This document shows positions 30,387 to 41,882 of a stretch of DNA of 64,000 nt, piece by piece. The notes below the pieces were generated by a model. The model was given only the letters and a program-made list of their open reading frames with translations. It searched no databases and was not told where the DNA came from. Each line of letters begins with the position of its first letter. The stretch's first letter is position 1. The position numbers and the translations under genes were made by a program. Location: the NCBI GenBank assembly GCA_965203095.1, contig OZ241877.1, positions 1,216,001-1,280,000 of the forward strand. The letters run 5' to 3'. This DNA is from Bdellovibrionales bacterium (lineage in GTDB: Bacteria > Bdellovibrionota > Bdellovibrionia > Bdellovibrionales > UBA1609).

Positions 30387-31817
30387 TTGCTTATGAAATT
30401 TTTTTCTTTTGTTAAAGAGGGATTCCTTTTTATCCCTGTAGAAATCCAAGTGAGTCTTTTAGCAGGACTTCCAGAAGTCAAATTTACTGGGCTTGTGGAT
30501 ATGGCCATTAAAGAGAGTGCCACCCGGCTAAAATCCGCTTTTAAAAAATCCGGTTTTAAATGGCCTTTAAGGCAACAAATGATCATCAACCTTTCTCCAG
30601 CTTATATTAAAAAAAGCAGTCCGGGGATGGATTTGGCCTTGGCCGGGGCTATTTTGTGGAAAACGGGTCAGATAGATTTTTCCCATTACAATGATACTTC
30701 TCTTTATTTTTATGGAGAGGTGGATTTGAATGCTCAAGTCCAAACACCGGAAAATTGGAAGTCTCTTCCTCTGCCAAACAAGCCCCTGATTATTGGTTCT
30801 TTAAGTGAAAGCAATTATAAAAATAAAATTTACTCTGTCAGCTCTTTAGGGGATCTGTCCAAGGGTAAGAAACTACCTGTCACACATTGGAAAAACCGTT
30901 TGAAGCCCCCGGAAACCCCGGACATTTCCTTTTCAAAATCAGCAGGAGATCTGTTAAAAATCACTGCTGTAGGTGAGCACCCCCTCCTTTTGTGTGGTCC
31001 GGCGGGATCTGGCAAAACCACTTTGGCAGAAAATCTTTATTATCTCCTCCCAGCCCCCAGCCAAAAATCCTTTGAAGAGCTGGAACGAATTTTAGGCATT
31101 GCTCAAAAATGGCGATCTTTTATTAACCCTCATCATACAACAAGCCCTTTATCTATTATTGGGGGAGGCTCCCCTCTTTTTTTAGGAGAAATCTCAAAGG
31201 CCCATGGAGGAATGCTTTTAATGGATGAATATTTAGAGTTTCATCCCAAAGTGCAGGAAGCTTTAAGAGAACCTTTAGAGAGGGGGGAAATTCGTTTGGT
31301 TCGAAAAGGGCAATGCATGCTATTTCCTGCTCGTTTTTTGCTGGTGGCGACCAGCAACCTCTGCCCTTGTGGGGACTATGAGCCTAACCAGCCGACACAA
31401 TGTGCTTATTCCCTCAGAAGATGCCAGTCTTATTTGGATCGCTTAAGTGGCCCTATGATGGATCGCTTTGATTTGTTGGCTTTTTCTAAAAATTGGAAGG
31501 GAGAAAAAACAGTTTCTTTAAAAAACCTTCAAGCAGAAGTCCAGCAGGCCATCGAGTTTCGCGAAATCAACAGGAAACAAGAAAAGCCCAACTCCCAACT
31601 GCAACTCAAATCATTAGAAGGCATGATAGGGGAGGACATAGCCCCTCTTTTGCCTCAAGATTGTTCTCATAGGAGAAAGCGAGCATTACTTCGTGTGGCT
31701 CGAACTCTCTCTGATTTAAAGCAAGAAGAAGAGATCAGTCTCCTCAGCATCCAAACCGCTTTAATTTTTACTGTTCGAAACTTTTTCTTTTTAAAAAACC
31801 GAATATTGGCTGGCTGA
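30387..31817 (+). CDS. comM: ComM/YifB Mg-chelatase-family ATPase
   Basis: GL.D.AIKES..R, INLSPA..KK, GPAGSGKT, PHHT, LMDE, NLCPCG, SGPMMDRFD. Confidence 0.9.
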   Translation: MLMKFFSFVKEGFLFIPVEIQVSLLAGLPEVKFTGLVDMAIKESATRLKSAFKKSGFKWPLRQQMIINLSPAYIKKSSPGMDLALAGAILWKTGQIDFSHYNDTSLYFYGEVDLNAQVQTPENWKSLPLPNKPLIIGSLSESNYKNKIYSVSSLGDLSKGKKLPVTHWKNRLKPPETPDISFSKSAGDLLKITAVGEHPLLLCGPAGSGKTTLAENLYYLLPAPSQKSFEELERILGIAQKWRSFINPHHTTSPLSIIGGGSPLFLGEISKAHGGMLLMDEYLEFHPKVQEALREPLERGEIRLVRKGQCMLFPARFLLVATSNLCPCGDYEPNQPTQCAYSLRRCQSYLDRLSGPMMDRFDLLAFSKNWKGEKTVSLKNLQAEVQQAIEFREINRKQEKPNSQLQLKSLEGMIGEDIAPLLPQDCSHRRKRALLRVARTLSDLKQEEEISLLSIQTALIFTVRNFFFLKNRILAG

Positions 31818-31916
31818 TTGCAAATATCCTCCCTACAAACTTTGCTAAAAAGCGTGATCTCTTTAATTTCTTCTTCTAGAAAATTGACGGCTAATTTGAA
31901 GGGGAATTAAATGGGT

Positions 31917-32126
31917 TTATTGCTGTTTGGCTAAGAGTTTATCCAGCTTTTCATTGAGCTTAGCCTGTCCCGCCTCAAGCCCCTCTATTCTTTTCTCAAG
32001 TGGGTTTATTTTAGCATTCAAAAGAAAGTTCATAAAGAGAGCAAAAAAACCTAAAATCAGAGAGAATGAACCAGCAACAGCTATCACTATAGCGACTGTT
32101 ATTTGTATTATTGTTAAAGTCTCCAT
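31917..32126 (-). CDS. Small TM + coiled-coil protein
   Basis: SD GGAG, hydrophobic N-half, LEKRIEGLE heptads. Confidence 0.7.
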   Translation of the reverse strand: METLTIIQITVAIVIAVAGSFSLILGFFALFMNFLLNAKINPLEKRIEGLEAGQAKLNEKLDKLLAKQQ

Positions 32127-32162
32127 ATTATCTCCTTGTGGTTTTGTTCATATTCTTATCCA

Positions 32163-32191
32163 TTATCGGCTCATTGCCCGGGAATGTCAAG
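32163..32191 (-). promoter_or_regulatory. Overlapping sigma70/sigma28-like promoter
   Basis: Minus strand reads TTGACA-N17-GATAAT and also TGAC-N15-GCCGATAA. Confidence 0.5.
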
Positions 32192-32229
32192 CCTTTTATT
32201 TGAAGTGTTTGAAACCCCCTGCCTAAATA

Positions 32230-32392
32230 GTCGTCCGTGAAAAACCTCTATAATTCACAGGGGATTCTTCAGTTTCTTTGCCTAAAGGTCCGTCCCATTT
32301 CGGGACGGACCTTTAGGCAAAAGTCATTGAAAAGCCTGATCTTGTAAAAGCAGGGAATGAGAAGGTCTTACTGAGGCTTTTTCACGGGCGAC
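32230..32392. mobile_element. MITE-like element with TIRs and a 6-bp target duplication
   Basis: GTCGTCCGTGAAAAA..TTTTTCACGGGCGAC, flanked by TAAATA on both sides. Internal 20-bp perfect stem at 32277-32321. Confidence 0.8.
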
Positions 32393-32454
32393 TAAATAGG
32401 CTTTTTTAGGACAAGGGATTAACTGAGGGGGTTGTTGTTGTTGATATTTAATCC

Positions 32455-33087
32455 TTAATCAAAAATATTTTCAAAAAAATGAATTATATTAAAATTGGCC
32501 ATCCCGCACATAACAGCTCCGAAAAAAGCTCCCGTTGTAAAATGAGCTACCGGAAAAGAATATCTGAGAGCACTCTCAGCCTCAAAAGGCACGAAACTAA
32601 TCATTGTAGCAAGGCTAACTCCTCCGATAATCAAAGTTGGAGTCGGGTCTTCTTTTGTAAGGTTTCCTATAAGGCAACCGATGCCTCCGCCAGCTAAAGT
32701 CGGTCCTCCTATTCCAATAATAAGGGGGATGACAGCAGTTTGAGTTCCTTCCAAAACAAAATGATCTTTTAAGTAAGAGTAGTTTTCTTTTTCTATATCA
32801 TTACAGGCCCGGAGATTATGAATAGAAATAGAAGACCTAAAATTTTCTGGAATTGATTTTGAAAAAGGAGGGAGTAAGACTTCTTGATTTTGCGAATCAG
32901 CAAAATCAATATAACAAACCGCTTGGCCGTTTTGAACAATAACGGCTTTGCTAATGACAGCTTGTTTTGGATTTAGCTGTTCCATTAGTTCTGTGTTCTG
33001 AGATTGAATAATGGGATCAGCGGAGTCGGGCAAGCTGGCAAAAGCCGGCAAGCTCATTATAAAGAAAAGGCTCAATAACAATTTCAT
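32455..33087 (-). CDS. Exported protein with Gly-rich hydrophobic C-terminal helices
   Basis: Signal peptide MKLLLSLFFIMSLPAFA; GIGG...AGGGIG..IG. Confidence 0.75.
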   Translation of the reverse strand: MKLLLSLFFIMSLPAFASLPDSADPIIQSQNTELMEQLNPKQAVISKAVIVQNGQAVCYIDFADSQNQEVLLPPFSKSIPENFRSSISIHNLRACNDIEKENYSYLKDHFVLEGTQTAVIPLIIGIGGPTLAGGGIGCLIGNLTKEDPTPTLIIGGVSLATMISFVPFEAESALRYSFPVAHFTTGAFFGAVMCGMANFNIIHFFENIFD

Positions 33088-33315
33088 TGTGTTGTTTTAT
33101 AGCAGGCTTGTCCGGGAAAGTAAAGAAAATAAAGAGTCTTTTGTAAATTTTTCACACAAAGGGCAAAGATTAGGGCTTTTATCCCATTTTCCTAAATAAT
33201 AATGGCCCGTGAAAAATTTACACTTTTTTTAAAAAAGCTGGTCAAAGCGGGTCTGATTAGATTTAATTGATTTTAAGATGTTCACTTTAATAGAGAGGGC
33301 AAGTAGCACCCTATA

Positions 33316-34668
33316 ATGAAATGGAACCTTAACAAAATGGTTTTCCTAAAATGTCACAGCTTTTGCCTGCTTTTTATGCTTTTTCCCTGGTCAACTACAG
33401 CTGGTCGGCCAGTGTCCAAATGCCAAGAGGTAATGTCGGCTCTTTGGGAAAATGGGGGAGAGAAAAAGGCACAGAAGGCTCATCTGGAATCGGCCCTTCG
33501 TCAAGATGGTTCCACTTTGAGGTCCAACCCACCTCCTTTATCAGTAAAAAAAGCCCAGAAAGCTGTATGGAGGATAGGAACTTCCTTAGCAAAAAAAGGC
33601 AGTGGAACAGCTGTTTTTATAAGTCCAAACTTGGCTCTTACTAATTTCCATGTCTTGCAGGGGCTTTCATATCTTGGTGAGGAAAACATAAAATTAACAC
33701 AAAAAAACAGCTGGCGAACTTTGCGTTTAAACAGGGTGGAGCATCTGTCCGCTCTTGAGGATCTGGCCCTTATCTCCATTACATCATCTGTTAAAAATTA
33801 TTTAACTATAAAAGAGGATGAGATAGACCCTCAAGAGATAGCCTATATCCTCGGTTATCCTAAAGGGTTATTTAAAATCTCGCGAACAAGGGGTATGTTT
33901 TTTCCTTTACAGGGTGCTTTGCAATTCCCCATTGATAATTCTGTTCTTAAAGGAATTAGCGGTGCCCCTCTTACTAACCCCCATGGGGAAATCATAGGCT
34001 TGGTTTCTGCCGGAAACAGAAATATGCTTATTGCCAGATCTAATCACCGGTTAAAAAATTTTATTGAAGAAAGAAAGCTCTCAACAGATAAAACCGATTT
34101 AGACATGAAAATTATAGCAGAAATAGAAAGAATTAAGGGTTTGGCTATTGAAGGGGATTTTTCTGCACAATACGAATTAGCCTACATATATTTCTCATAC
34201 ATTTCTCATATAGAAAAATTTGCAGAAAAAGGCAGTGTTTTAGCTCAAAATATGCTGAAGAGCTTAAAAACTGAACAGAGTCCAAGTGTTTTTTATCTCT
34301 TCATTAAGAGTTCAGCAAAAAGTGGCCATGCTTTAGCACAATATTTTTTAGGGGAAATGTATTATAATGGTGAAAAGGTGGAGAAGGATCTCAAGCAAGC
34401 CTATTTTTGGATTAAAAAATCAGCAGAGCAGGGCCATATAATAGCTCAATCCTCTTTGGGAAAAATGTATTATTGGGGAGGGGAGGGTCGAGGAGTGGAA
34501 AAGGATTTAAACCAAGCTCGTTTTTGGGCAGAAAAAGCCAGCAAACAGGGCTATGCTCCGGCACAAGATTTCTTATCTAAATTGTATTTTAGAGAGGAAG
34601 GAGAGGGGCAGGAGCTCAACCAAGCTCGTTTTCGGGCAGAAAAAGCCGGCAAACAAGGCCCATATTAA
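33316..34668 (+). CDS. Trypsin-like serine protease fused to Sel1 repeats
   Basis: GSGTAV..LTNFHV (His), DLAL (Asp), GISGAP (Ser); AQY.LG.MY..G..V.KD...A..W...SA.QG repeats. Confidence 0.9.
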   Translation: MKWNLNKMVFLKCHSFCLLFMLFPWSTTAGRPVSKCQEVMSALWENGGEKKAQKAHLESALRQDGSTLRSNPPPLSVKKAQKAVWRIGTSLAKKGSGTAVFISPNLALTNFHVLQGLSYLGEENIKLTQKNSWRTLRLNRVEHLSALEDLALISITSSVKNYLTIKEDEIDPQEIAYILGYPKGLFKISRTRGMFFPLQGALQFPIDNSVLKGISGAPLTNPHGEIIGLVSAGNRNMLIARSNHRLKNFIEERKLSTDKTDLDMKIIAEIERIKGLAIEGDFSAQYELAYIYFSYISHIEKFAEKGSVLAQNMLKSLKTEQSPSVFYLFIKSSAKSGHALAQYFLGEMYYNGEKVEKDLKQAYFWIKKSAEQGHIIAQSSLGKMYYWGGEGRGVEKDLNQARFWAEKASKQGYAPAQDFLSKLYFREEGEGQELNQARFRAEKAGKQGPY

Positions 34669-34758
34669 GGGTTGAAATTTATTGATGAGGAATATTTTTA
34701 TTACTTCTTTGTAATTTGATCTTGAATTTTTAAAATTCATCCGATATAAAAAGCATTT

Positions 34759-35904
34759 GTGAAACCTGCCGGATTGGTTTTTGAAACAGGAGAGATCTTT
34801 AAAGGTTTTTTGCTTGGTGGTTCCGCTAAAGCAGGGGAAGCTGTTTTTAATACCTCTCATGCTGGCTATGAGGAAATGGCCACAGACCCCTCTTATTACA
34901 ATCACATTTTAATTATGACGGCCCCATTGCAGGGGAATTACGGTGCCAACCCTAATTTTTGGCAATCAGAAAATATATGGATCAAAGGTTTTGTCTGTTT
35001 AAGCTTACAAAAAAGCGAACGGGACAGGGGCTGGTTAAACCAACTCAGTGCCTGCGATGTTCCTGTTTTATCCTCTGTTGATACCAGGCAGGCTGTTCTT
35101 TGTTTGAGGGATAAAGGGACAGTTTGGTCAGCTATCGTCCCACTATCTAACAACAGCCGGGAGGAGGCTTTAAGCCTTATTGAAAAAGCCAAATCCGAAC
35201 CCAAGGATTGGACACAGGCGGTTTGTGTTTCATCGCCTAAGGAGTTTAAAGGCCAACAAAAAAAAGGCCCCAAACTGGCTCTTATAGATTTTGGCTTTAA
35301 AAAAAATATTTTAACAGAATTGTTAAAGCGATCCAGTCAGATCTGTGTTTTCCCTTCAAACAGTTCCCAACTGGAGATCAGCCAATGGTCACCCGATGGC
35401 ATAGTTTTATCTAATGGGCCTGGAGATCCAAAAGATGTGCTGGAAGGGGCAAAACTCGTTAAAGAGCTTTTAGGATACCGTCCTATTTTTGGAATCTGTA
35501 TGGGCCATCAAATTTTAGCCCGTGCTATGGGAGCCAGCACTTATAGGTTGAAATTTGGCCACCGGGCCAGCAATCACCCCGTGAAGGACAAACTGCTCAA
35601 TAAAATTTATATGTCCTCTCAAAACCACGGCTACGCGGTGAAAGCGGAGTCTTTACCTAAAGATATTCAAATAAGCCACATTAACTTAAATGATGGGACA
35701 GTGGCGGGTTTTTTTTCCTCAAAAAGAAAATGTTTAGGAACTCAATTTCACCCGGAAAATCACCCTGGCCCTAAAGAGGCGGAGGAGCTTTTTGATTTTT
35801 TTATAAACAAGATGATCCTTAAAAAAACATCAGGCAGTCAGGCCAAAGCGAAAAAAACCCGAAAGTCCACTTCTGTTTCAAAAAAGAGGGAAAATGCCAC
35901 TTAA
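34759..35904 (+). CDS. carA: Carbamoyl-phosphate synthase small subunit
   Basis: [36 protein letters not shown]. Confidence 0.96.
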   Translation: MKPAGLVFETGEIFKGFLLGGSAKAGEAVFNTSHAGYEEMATDPSYYNHILIMTAPLQGNYGANPNFWQSENIWIKGFVCLSLQKSERDRGWLNQLSACDVPVLSSVDTRQAVLCLRDKGTVWSAIVPLSNNSREEALSLIEKAKSEPKDWTQAVCVSSPKEFKGQQKKGPKLALIDFGFKKNILTELLKRSSQICVFPSNSSQLEISQWSPDGIVLSNGPGDPKDVLEGAKLVKELLGYRPIFGICMGHQILARAMGASTYRLKFGHRASNHPVKDKLLNKIYMSSQNHGYAVKAESLPKDIQISHINLNDGTVAGFFSSKRKCLGTQFHPENHPGPKEAEELFDFFINKMILKKTSGSQAKAKKTRKSTSVSKKRENAT

Positions 35905-38900
35905 AAAAAATATAAAAAAGATCATGATTATTGGGAGTGGGCCTATTGTCATTGGGCAAGCTTGTGAGTTTGATTACTCCGGCGTTCAAGCTTGCAAAGC
36001 TTTAATGAGTTTGGGTTTAGAAGTGGTTTTAGTTAACTCCAATCCAGCAACTATTATGACAGATCCGGAAACAGCAACAAAAGTTTATATTGAGCCTTTA
36101 CAATTTGATTATGTAAAAACCATTTTAGAAAAAGAAAAGCCTGATGGCCTGATCTCCACTTTGGGCGGGCAAACGGCTTTAAACCTTTCTGTCCAACTGG
36201 CGGAAAAGGGCATTCTTCAAAAACATGGTGTCCAACTTTTAGGTGCTAATTTAAAAGTGATTAAAAAAGTAGAGGATAGAGAGCAATTTATTAAAATTCT
36301 ATCCCGTTTAAAGGCCAACTATGCCCCTAACTGTTTGATCACTAATTTAAAACAAGGCTTAAAATCAGCAGAAAAGTTAGGCTGGCCAGTGATCTTAAGG
36401 CCCAATTACACTTTGGGGGGAACAGGTGGTGGGGTGGCTTACTCTATGGAGGAATTGCGATCTTTGTTGGCTATTGCTCTTTCAGAAAGCCCCTCTTCTG
36501 AAGTGCTTATGGAAAAAAGCCTCTTAGGTTGGAAAGAGTTTGAACTGGAAGTCATGAGGGACTCTGAGGGGACCTCCGTTGTGGTTTGCTCTATTGAAAA
36601 TATTGACCCCTGTGGAGTTCATACTGGCGACAGCATAACTGTTGCCCCTCAAATCACCCTTTCGGATAGAGCCTATCAGGAAATGCGAAAAGAAGCCCTT
36701 AACATTATTGAAGAAATTGGTTTAGAGACCGGAGGGGCGAATATTCAGTTTGCTGTTCATCCGCAAACGGGCCAGAGGATGGTGATTGAGGTCAATCCCC
36801 GGGTGAGTCGCTCCTCGGCTTTGGCCAGCAAAGCTACAGGATTTCCTATTGCTAAAATATCAGCTCTTTTATCTGTGGGTTGGACTTTAGATGAAATACA
36901 AAACGACATTACCAAAGTCACCCCCTCTTGCTACGAGCCGGCTTTAGATTATATTGTGACGAAGATCCCCCGTTTTGATTTTGAAAAATATCCTGGTGCT
37001 GAGGACATTTTGCGAACACAAATGCAAAGTGTGGGGGAAGTTATGGCCATTGGCCGAAGTTTCAAAGAGTCTTTTCAAAAAGCTTTGCAATCTTTAGAAA
37101 AACCAGAAGTCAACTGTTCCCTTAACTTTGATGAAAAAAAACTCACCTATCCTAATAGCGAAAGGATCTATTACATTTTTGAATCTCTTAGAAGAGGATA
37201 CACTGTAGAGGCTTTAGGCTATCTTACTGGGATAGACCCTTGGTTTTTAGAGCAGTTTGAAAGCCTTGTTCAAACAGAAAATCAAATCCGGAAAGCAAAA
37301 GACAGGTGGGACACAAGGCTTATTTATCAAGCCAAACGGGATGGCTTTTCAGATAAACAACTGGCAAAATGGACAGACAAAACGGAAAAGGATATTTTTA
37401 AATTTCGTAAAAAGAAAGGCATTTTGCCCGCTTTTTACAAAGTGGATACTTGTGCCGGAGAATTTGAGTCAAAAACTCCTTATTATTACTCCACTTATTG
37501 GGGGAAAAGGGAATCTCACAAAAAATCCGGCAAAAAAATTATCGCCATAATAGGGAGTGGGCCTAACCGCATTGGCCAAGGTATTGAGTTTGATTACAGT
37601 TGTGTTCGTGGGGTGAAGGAGTTAAAAAGAATGGGATATGAAACAGCCCTTATCAACTCCAACCCAGAAACAGTTTCAACAGACTATGATATTTCCGATC
37701 AGCTGTTTTTTGAACCCATCACTTTAGAGCATGTTCGGGAAGTGCTGGATTTTATCAGCCCCTCTCATCTTATTGTTCAGTTAGGAGGGCAAAACCCCAT
37801 TGACTTATCCAGTGAGCTATCTAAAGAAAGTTATAAAATTGCTGGTTCTTCTGCTAAGGCTATTGATTTGGCTGAAGACAGAGGTCGTTTTGTCCGAGTT
37901 TGCTCCCATTTGGGTTTTAAAACCCCTCGCTCCGCTTTGGCAATAGATATTCAAACAGCTCTGAAGGTGGGAAAAAAGTTAGGCTACCCCTTGCTGGCTC
38001 GGCCCAGTTATGTTCTGGGAGGTCGCCGGATGGAAATTATAGAAACAGAAGAAGAACTTAAATCTTATTTTACAAAATACAGTCAATTTTTCTCCAAAAA
38101 TAAACCCTGTTTAATGGATCAATATTTGGAGAGTTTTTTAGAAGTGGATGTGGATATGGCCCGTGGAAAAGACTGGGCAATAATAGGAGGCATTGTGGAA
38201 CATATAGAAGCCGTGGGCATTCATAGCGGAGACAGCATGGGGGCACTCCCTCCGCAAAGGCTAAAGCCTGAGATATGCGAAAGGATAGAGCAGTTGAGTT
38301 TGAGTTTAGCTAAAGAGTTAAAAATTCTTGGGTTTTTAAATTTACAGCTGGCCATTCAAGAGGATGAAATTTATATGTTGGAGGCCAACCCCAGAAGTTC
38401 CAGAAGTGTTCCTTTTATCAGCAAAGCCACTGGGATTCCCCTTGTGGATTTTGGAATATGGGCTATGATGAAAAAATCCAAAAAAGAGCTTAAAAGAGAG
38501 CTTAAATCTTGGAAAAACCAAAATTATTTTTCTGTTAAGGGTGTGGTTTTCCCTTTTAAAAAAATCAAAAAAACGGATTCCATTTTAGGTCCTGAAATGA
38601 AATCCATTGGTGAGGTTATGGGTAGGGGAGAGGATTACCCTACGGCTTTGACAAAAGCTTTAATGTCCAGCGGGTTTCAGTTTCCGGCAAAAGGAGAGGT
38701 GTTTTTATCTCTAAGGGATAAGGACAAAATGCCCCTGCTTTCAGACATTCAAAAACTGGTCTCAGTAGGCTACACTCTTTCGGCAACAAAAGGGACGGCA
38801 GACTTCCTTCAAAAGCATGGCCTCAAATGCGAATATGTAAAAAAGGTTTTGCAAGGTCGCCCCCACTGTGTGGATCGCATTCTTTCCGGCAAAGTGGCTT

Positions 38901-39097
38901 TGGTTTTTAATACCACTTCTAAAAGCTCTTCTGTTCAAGCCAGTTTTAGCATTAGAAGGAGTTGTATTGACTTCAACATCCCCTGCCTGACAGAGGCCCA
39001 TGCCATTCAGGCTTTTGTAATGGCTTTAATTGGGCAGAGGGAAAGCCAACTCCCTATTTATCCTTTACAAAAATATGATTATCAGGAGGTAAAATGA
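35894..39097 (+). CDS. carB: Carbamoyl-phosphate synthase large subunit
   Basis: [17 protein letters not shown], duplicated ATP-grasp halves, MGS domain. Confidence 0.97.
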   Translation: MPLKKNIKKIMIIGSGPIVIGQACEFDYSGVQACKALMSLGLEVVLVNSNPATIMTDPETATKVYIEPLQFDYVKTILEKEKPDGLISTLGGQTALNLSVQLAEKGILQKHGVQLLGANLKVIKKVEDREQFIKILSRLKANYAPNCLITNLKQGLKSAEKLGWPVILRPNYTLGGTGGGVAYSMEELRSLLAIALSESPSSEVLMEKSLLGWKEFELEVMRDSEGTSVVVCSIENIDPCGVHTGDSITVAPQITLSDRAYQEMRKEALNIIEEIGLETGGANIQFAVHPQTGQRMVIEVNPRVSRSSALASKATGFPIAKISALLSVGWTLDEIQNDITKVTPSCYEPALDYIVTKIPRFDFEKYPGAEDILRTQMQSVGEVMAIGRSFKESFQKALQSLEKPEVNCSLNFDEKKLTYPNSERIYYIFESLRRGYTVEALGYLTGIDPWFLEQFESLVQTENQIRKAKDRWDTRLIYQAKRDGFSDKQLAKWTDKTEKDIFKFRKKKGILPAFYKVDTCAGEFESKTPYYYSTYWGKRESHKKSGKKIIAIIGSGPNRIGQGIEFDYSCVRGVKELKRMGYETALINSNPETVSTDYDISDQLFFEPITLEHVREVLDFISPSHLIVQLGGQNPIDLSSELSKESYKIAGSSAKAIDLAEDRGRFVRVCSHLGFKTPRSALAIDIQTALKVGKKLGYPLLARPSYVLGGRRMEIIETEEELKSYFTKYSQFFSKNKPCLMDQYLESFLEVDVDMARGKDWAIIGGIVEHIEAVGIHSGDSMGALPPQRLKPEICERIEQLSLSLAKELKILGFLNLQLAIQEDEIYMLEANPRSSRSVPFISKATGIPLVDFGIWAMMKKSKKELKRELKSWKNQNYFSVKGVVFPFKKIKKTDSILGPEMKSIGEVMGRGEDYPTALTKALMSSGFQFPAKGEVFLSLRDKDKMPLLSDIQKLVSVGYTLSATKGTADFLQKHGLKCEYVKKVLQGRPHCVDRILSGKVALVFNTTSKSSSVQASFSIRRSCIDFNIPCLTEAHAIQAFVMALIGQRESQLPIYPLQKYDYQEVK

Positions 39098-39969
39098 AAA
39101 ATGTTTTAGAGGTTAAAGATCTTAGGAAAAGCTTTAACCGGCCTTTTTTTAAAAAAGCAGAAGTTTTAAAAGGTTTAAGTTTTTCTATCCCTAAAGGTTC
39201 TGCTGTGGGCTTTCTTGGAGCTAATGGATCGGGAAAAACAACCACCTTCAAATGCCTTTTACAACTATTAAAAAAAGACAGTGGCGAGATTCATTTTTTT
39301 GGCCAGCCTTTATCTTCTGAAAGCCGATCCCGAATAGGCTTTTTGCCGGAACGGCCACAATTTTATGAAGAGCTAACAGCTCAGGAGTGCCTTCGTTTTT
39401 ACAGTTCCCTTAGTCGGCCTCTGTCCTCTTCTTTAAAATCGCGAATAGCGGAAGGTTTAAAAAAGTTAGGGCTTTATGAGTATCGGGATAAGAGGCTAAA
39501 AACTTTTTCTAAAGGAATGTTGCAAAAAGTGGGTTTACTTCAGGCCATGGTTCATGATCCTGATCTTTTAATTTTAGATGAGCCTTTTTCTGGTTTGGAT
39601 CCAGAAAGTCGGTTTACTGTTGCTGAACTTTTAGAGCAAGCTTTGCAAAAAGGCTGTTCTATTTTTTTAAGTAGTCATATTTTTCAAGATGTGGAGAGAA
39701 TTTGCAATAAATTGCTTATCCTTAAAGATGGCCGGCTTTTATTTAAAGGGGATTCCAGCCATTTGCAAGCCACCTCTCAGGGCAAAAAAAGCATTTTATT
39801 CCTTTTAAACGGCCAGCAACAGCATAAAACTGTGCCCTCTCAAGAGGCATGCCAAAAAGAGTTAAAAAGGCTTTTATCGGAAGGAGCTATCATTATTGCT
39901 ATTCATAGTCAGGGAGGAGATTTAGAGCAAAAATACAAAGACTTACTAAAAGAGGGAAAAGCAAAATGA
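39094..39969 (+). CDS. ABC ATPase, PilH-like
   Basis: [28 protein letters not shown]. Confidence 0.9.
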   Translation: MKNVLEVKDLRKSFNRPFFKKAEVLKGLSFSIPKGSAVGFLGANGSGKTTTFKCLLQLLKKDSGEIHFFGQPLSSESRSRIGFLPERPQFYEELTAQECLRFYSSLSRPLSSSLKSRIAEGLKKLGLYEYRDKRLKTFSKGMLQKVGLLQAMVHDPDLLILDEPFSGLDPESRFTVAELLEQALQKGCSIFLSSHIFQDVERICNKLLILKDGRLLFKGDSSHLQATSQGKKSILFLLNGQQQHKTVPSQEACQKELKRLLSEGAIIIAIHSQGGDLEQKYKDLLKEGKAK

Positions 39970-40727
39970 GAGCCATCCTTATTGTTTCTGCCAATACTAT
40001 TCGCAAGGGATTGAGAAAGAAGTTTTTAGCTATTCTCCTTTTGTCTTGCTTTTTGGTTTTGTGTTTGAGCCTGTTATTTGCTCAACTCAGTTTAGATGAC
40101 AAAGGCCGTTTGACAGTGGATTTTGGATTAGCAACGGTTCAACTTTTGCTTGTGTCCCTATCTGTTTTTTTTGGGGCTGGTTTTATAAGTTCGGATATGG
40201 ATAAAAAATTGTGGATGATTTTAACTCGTCCGATTCGTCCCTCTGTCTTTTTTTTAGGTCGTTATTTTGGGCTTACGGGACTTTTGTTTTTAGGATGGCT
40301 TAGCCTCTCCCTGCTCTTGGTTTTATTTTTTGTCTTTTTAAAAATCCCTATTCAGCTGATTCTTTTATACGCCCTTTTGGGCTTTTTAGTAGAGAGCCTT
40401 TTCCTTTTGGCTTTTGTTTTGTTTTTTGCCTCTTACTCTCAATCTTTTCTGGTTTCGTTTTATTGTTTATCTATTTTCATAATTGGCCATTTTTTGGAAA
40501 CCCTATTTTATTTTATTGAAAAAATGCCGGGGGGCTTAAGCCTCATTTTATCTCAAATTTTAAGCTTTTTACCCAATTTAGAAAGAATCAACTGGAAGTC
40601 TGCTGTAGTTTATCAAGATCAGATCGCTTTTTCTGATTGGGCATTATCCTCTGTCCCCATTATTTTGTGGACGGGGCTTATTTTGAGTTGGGGCCTTTTG
40701 ATTATGGAAAACAGGGAATACGGCTAA
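39966..40727 (+). CDS. ABC-2 permease, PilI-like
   Basis: About 6 TM helices, DFGLA, ILTRPI.P..F.LG. Confidence 0.85.
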   Translation: MRAILIVSANTIRKGLRKKFLAILLLSCFLVLCLSLLFAQLSLDDKGRLTVDFGLATVQLLLVSLSVFFGAGFISSDMDKKLWMILTRPIRPSVFFLGRYFGLTGLLFLGWLSLSLLLVLFFVFLKIPIQLILLYALLGFLVESLFLLAFVLFFASYSQSFLVSFYCLSIFIIGHFLETLFYFIEKMPGGLSLILSQILSFLPNLERINWKSAVVYQDQIAFSDWALSSVPIILWTGLILSWGLLIMENREYG

Positions 40728-40736
40728 CTCTACATA

Positions 40737-40889
40737 CTCCTCCGTGAAAAAGCTGGACAAAAAGCCTCGTCCTCTTTTTCCTGCTTTTGTCCAAAGGCCA
40801 TTCCATGAGGGTCCAAGGTATTGCCGTCCCGAAATGGAATGGTCCTTTGGACAAAAAAAGTTAAAAAACAAAGGTTTTTCACGGACAAC
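40737..40889. mobile_element. Second MITE-like element
   Basis: TCCGTGAAAAA..TTTTTCACGGA ends; direct repeat CTACATACTCCT at 40730-40741 and 40889-40900; long internal hairpin. Confidence 0.75.
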
Positions 40890-40944
40890 TACATACTCCT
40901 TATCGCATAAGTTTCAACCATGGCCGGAGATCCTCCATAGGTCC

Positions 40945-41751
40945 TTACAATTTTTGCTTCACAGCTTCTTGTGATTCTTCCTCCACAGCGTCGTCTTGCG
41001 ATTCCTCCTCACATTTTTCATCTATAATAGCTCCATCCCAGATTGCATGCTCTGAGTCTGTTTCCCGCAAGTCGGCCCTACACAAGTTCGCATTTTGAAA
41101 GTTTGCATATTCCAAGTCAGCTCCAAACAAAATTGCATTTTGCAATTTTGCTGATTCCAAGATTGCTGAATACAAATCAGCCTCCCACAAGTTCGCATTT
41201 TGCAAGTTCGCTTTAGTTAAGTCCGCTCCATCTAAGTCCGCAGACTGCAATTTTGCCCTCTGCAATTTTGCAAGCCTCAAGTTTGCCCCTGTCAAGTCCG
41301 CAGACTGTAATTTTGCCAATATCAAGCTCGCCTCCTGTAAGTCGGCATACTCCAAGTCCGTTCCTCTCAAGTCCGCCATATCCAATTTTGCTGATATTAA
41401 GCTCGCGAACTCCAATTCGGCATTCCGCAAGTCCGCCCCTGTCAAGTCAGCTGTATTCAAATTTGCATACTGTAATTTTGTTCCTCGCAAATCAGCATGT
41501 CGCAAGTCCGCTCCATCTAAGTTCGCTCCTCGCAAATCAGCATGTCGCAAGTCTGTATTCTGTAAGTCCTTTTTCCCTTGTTTAATTTGTTCAATCAACT
41601 CTTCTGGTTGGACGGTATCAACTGGGCTTAGCTCTGCTGGCTGGACGGGATCAACTGGCTGGACGGGATCAACTGGTTGGACGGGATCAGCTGGGATTGT
41701 TGAACCAAAAGCCGGCAAGCTTATTAAAAAAAGGCTCAATAATAATTTCAT
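40945..41751 (-). CDS. Secreted pentapeptide-repeat protein with PVDPVQ tandem repeats
   Basis: Signal peptide, 18-bp tandem repeats, ~35 pentapeptides, SD GGAGG. Confidence 0.93.
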   Translation of the reverse strand: MKLLLSLFLISLPAFGSTIPADPVQPVDPVQPVDPVQPAELSPVDTVQPEELIEQIKQGKKDLQNTDLRHADLRGANLDGADLRHADLRGTKLQYANLNTADLTGADLRNAELEFASLISAKLDMADLRGTDLEYADLQEASLILAKLQSADLTGANLRLAKLQRAKLQSADLDGADLTKANLQNANLWEADLYSAILESAKLQNAILFGADLEYANFQNANLCRADLRETDSEHAIWDGAIIDEKCEEESQDDAVEEESQEAVKQKL

Positions 41752-41882
41752 AGGTTCCTCCTAATTTTTATGTGTATGAACTGAAGATAGCACAGCCATA
41801 ATGGGGAGTCAATTAAAGGCTGTGACTATAAGCAAACAGCCCACCGGAGCGGGCTGTAAGCTATATGCAACTTCCGATATTC

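Noticed and set aside
40744..40974. Small ORFs at 40744, 6631, 6742 and 722
   Set aside because: They overlay repeat elements or intergenic DNA and have no protein-like features.
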